This document shows, one piece after another, positions 44,486 to 44,568 of a stretch of DNA of 44,568 nt. This stretch comes from a virus. How positions within the stretch are numbered: position 1 is the first letter of the stretch; each line of letters opens with the position of its first letter. Location: the UHGV virus genome UHGV-0171754; one strand, 5' to 3'. The notes below the pieces were generated by a model. That model was not told where the DNA came from and ran no database searches. It saw nothing but the letters and a program-made list of their open reading frames with translations. The translations under genes were made by a program, and so were the position numbers.

Positions 44486-44568
44486 TATGCAGTCCCCCTT
44501 TTTATGCAGTTGCCGTCGGTCATTGTATCAGCGAATTTAAAACAAACCTTATTCAGTCTCAGACGAGG
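44486..44568. other. Left half of element A: untranslated leader upstream of the tape measure gene, ending in ...cagtctcagacgagg, which pairs with window positions 1-30 to form a GC-rich interrupted palindrome
   Basis: End of window plus start of window reads agacgagggggg-ccaatga-ccccc-gtct followed by agtct-gaa-agact; near-identical structure at 16146-16198. Confidence 0.5.

Noticed and set aside
1-44568. Integrated prophage or lysogeny module (integrase, CI-like repressor, attachment site)
   Set aside because: No integrase- or recombinase-like ORF and no tRNA-like sequence were recognised; the two HTH proteins are small and sit in early operons, so a virulent lifestyle is more likely, though a tRNA scan was not possible.

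Overview
The window reads as a complete, circularly closed phage genome of about 44.6 kb, not a bacterial chromosome segment: the last ~15 nt and first ~35 nt of the window join into a GC-rich interrupted palindrome. It is a tailed dsDNA phage with a lambda-like long-tail module (major tail protein, G/GT chaperone with -1 frameshift, tape measure, M/L/K/I/J-like tip proteins, tail fiber). No integrase or CI-like repressor was seen, so it is probably virulent; a Dhillonvirus/HK578-like relative is only a guess. Layout: a rightward early operon on the + strand (19472-32469; Cas4-like nuclease, SSB-like protein, family A DNA polymerase, HNH and VRR-NUC nucleases, SNF2 helicase, two methyltransferases); a leftward early unit on the - strand (19069-16465; HTH regulator, primase/helicase); then a long - strand series running 15930 to 302 and wrapping to 44485-32497 (small regulators, holins, endolysin, HTH-phosphoesterase, terminase, portal, capsid, spanins, tail genes). 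Most interesting features: (1) a duplicated ~170 bp element (hairpin plus GTCCCGC array) at the window junction and again at 16.15-16.31 kb, the first sitting unusually between the GT chaperone and the tape measure gene; (2) an 8-mer TTGGTTGC/GCAACCAA heavily enriched at promoters, plus a TTGGT-N5-ACCAA operator at three early promoters; (3) two + strand insertions in the late region with their own promoter and terminator (a 254 aa unknown protein and a lipoprotein next to the tail fiber gene); (4) an HTH-metallophosphoesterase fusion upstream of the terminase. All calls are from reading the sequence and ORF translations; no database search was run.
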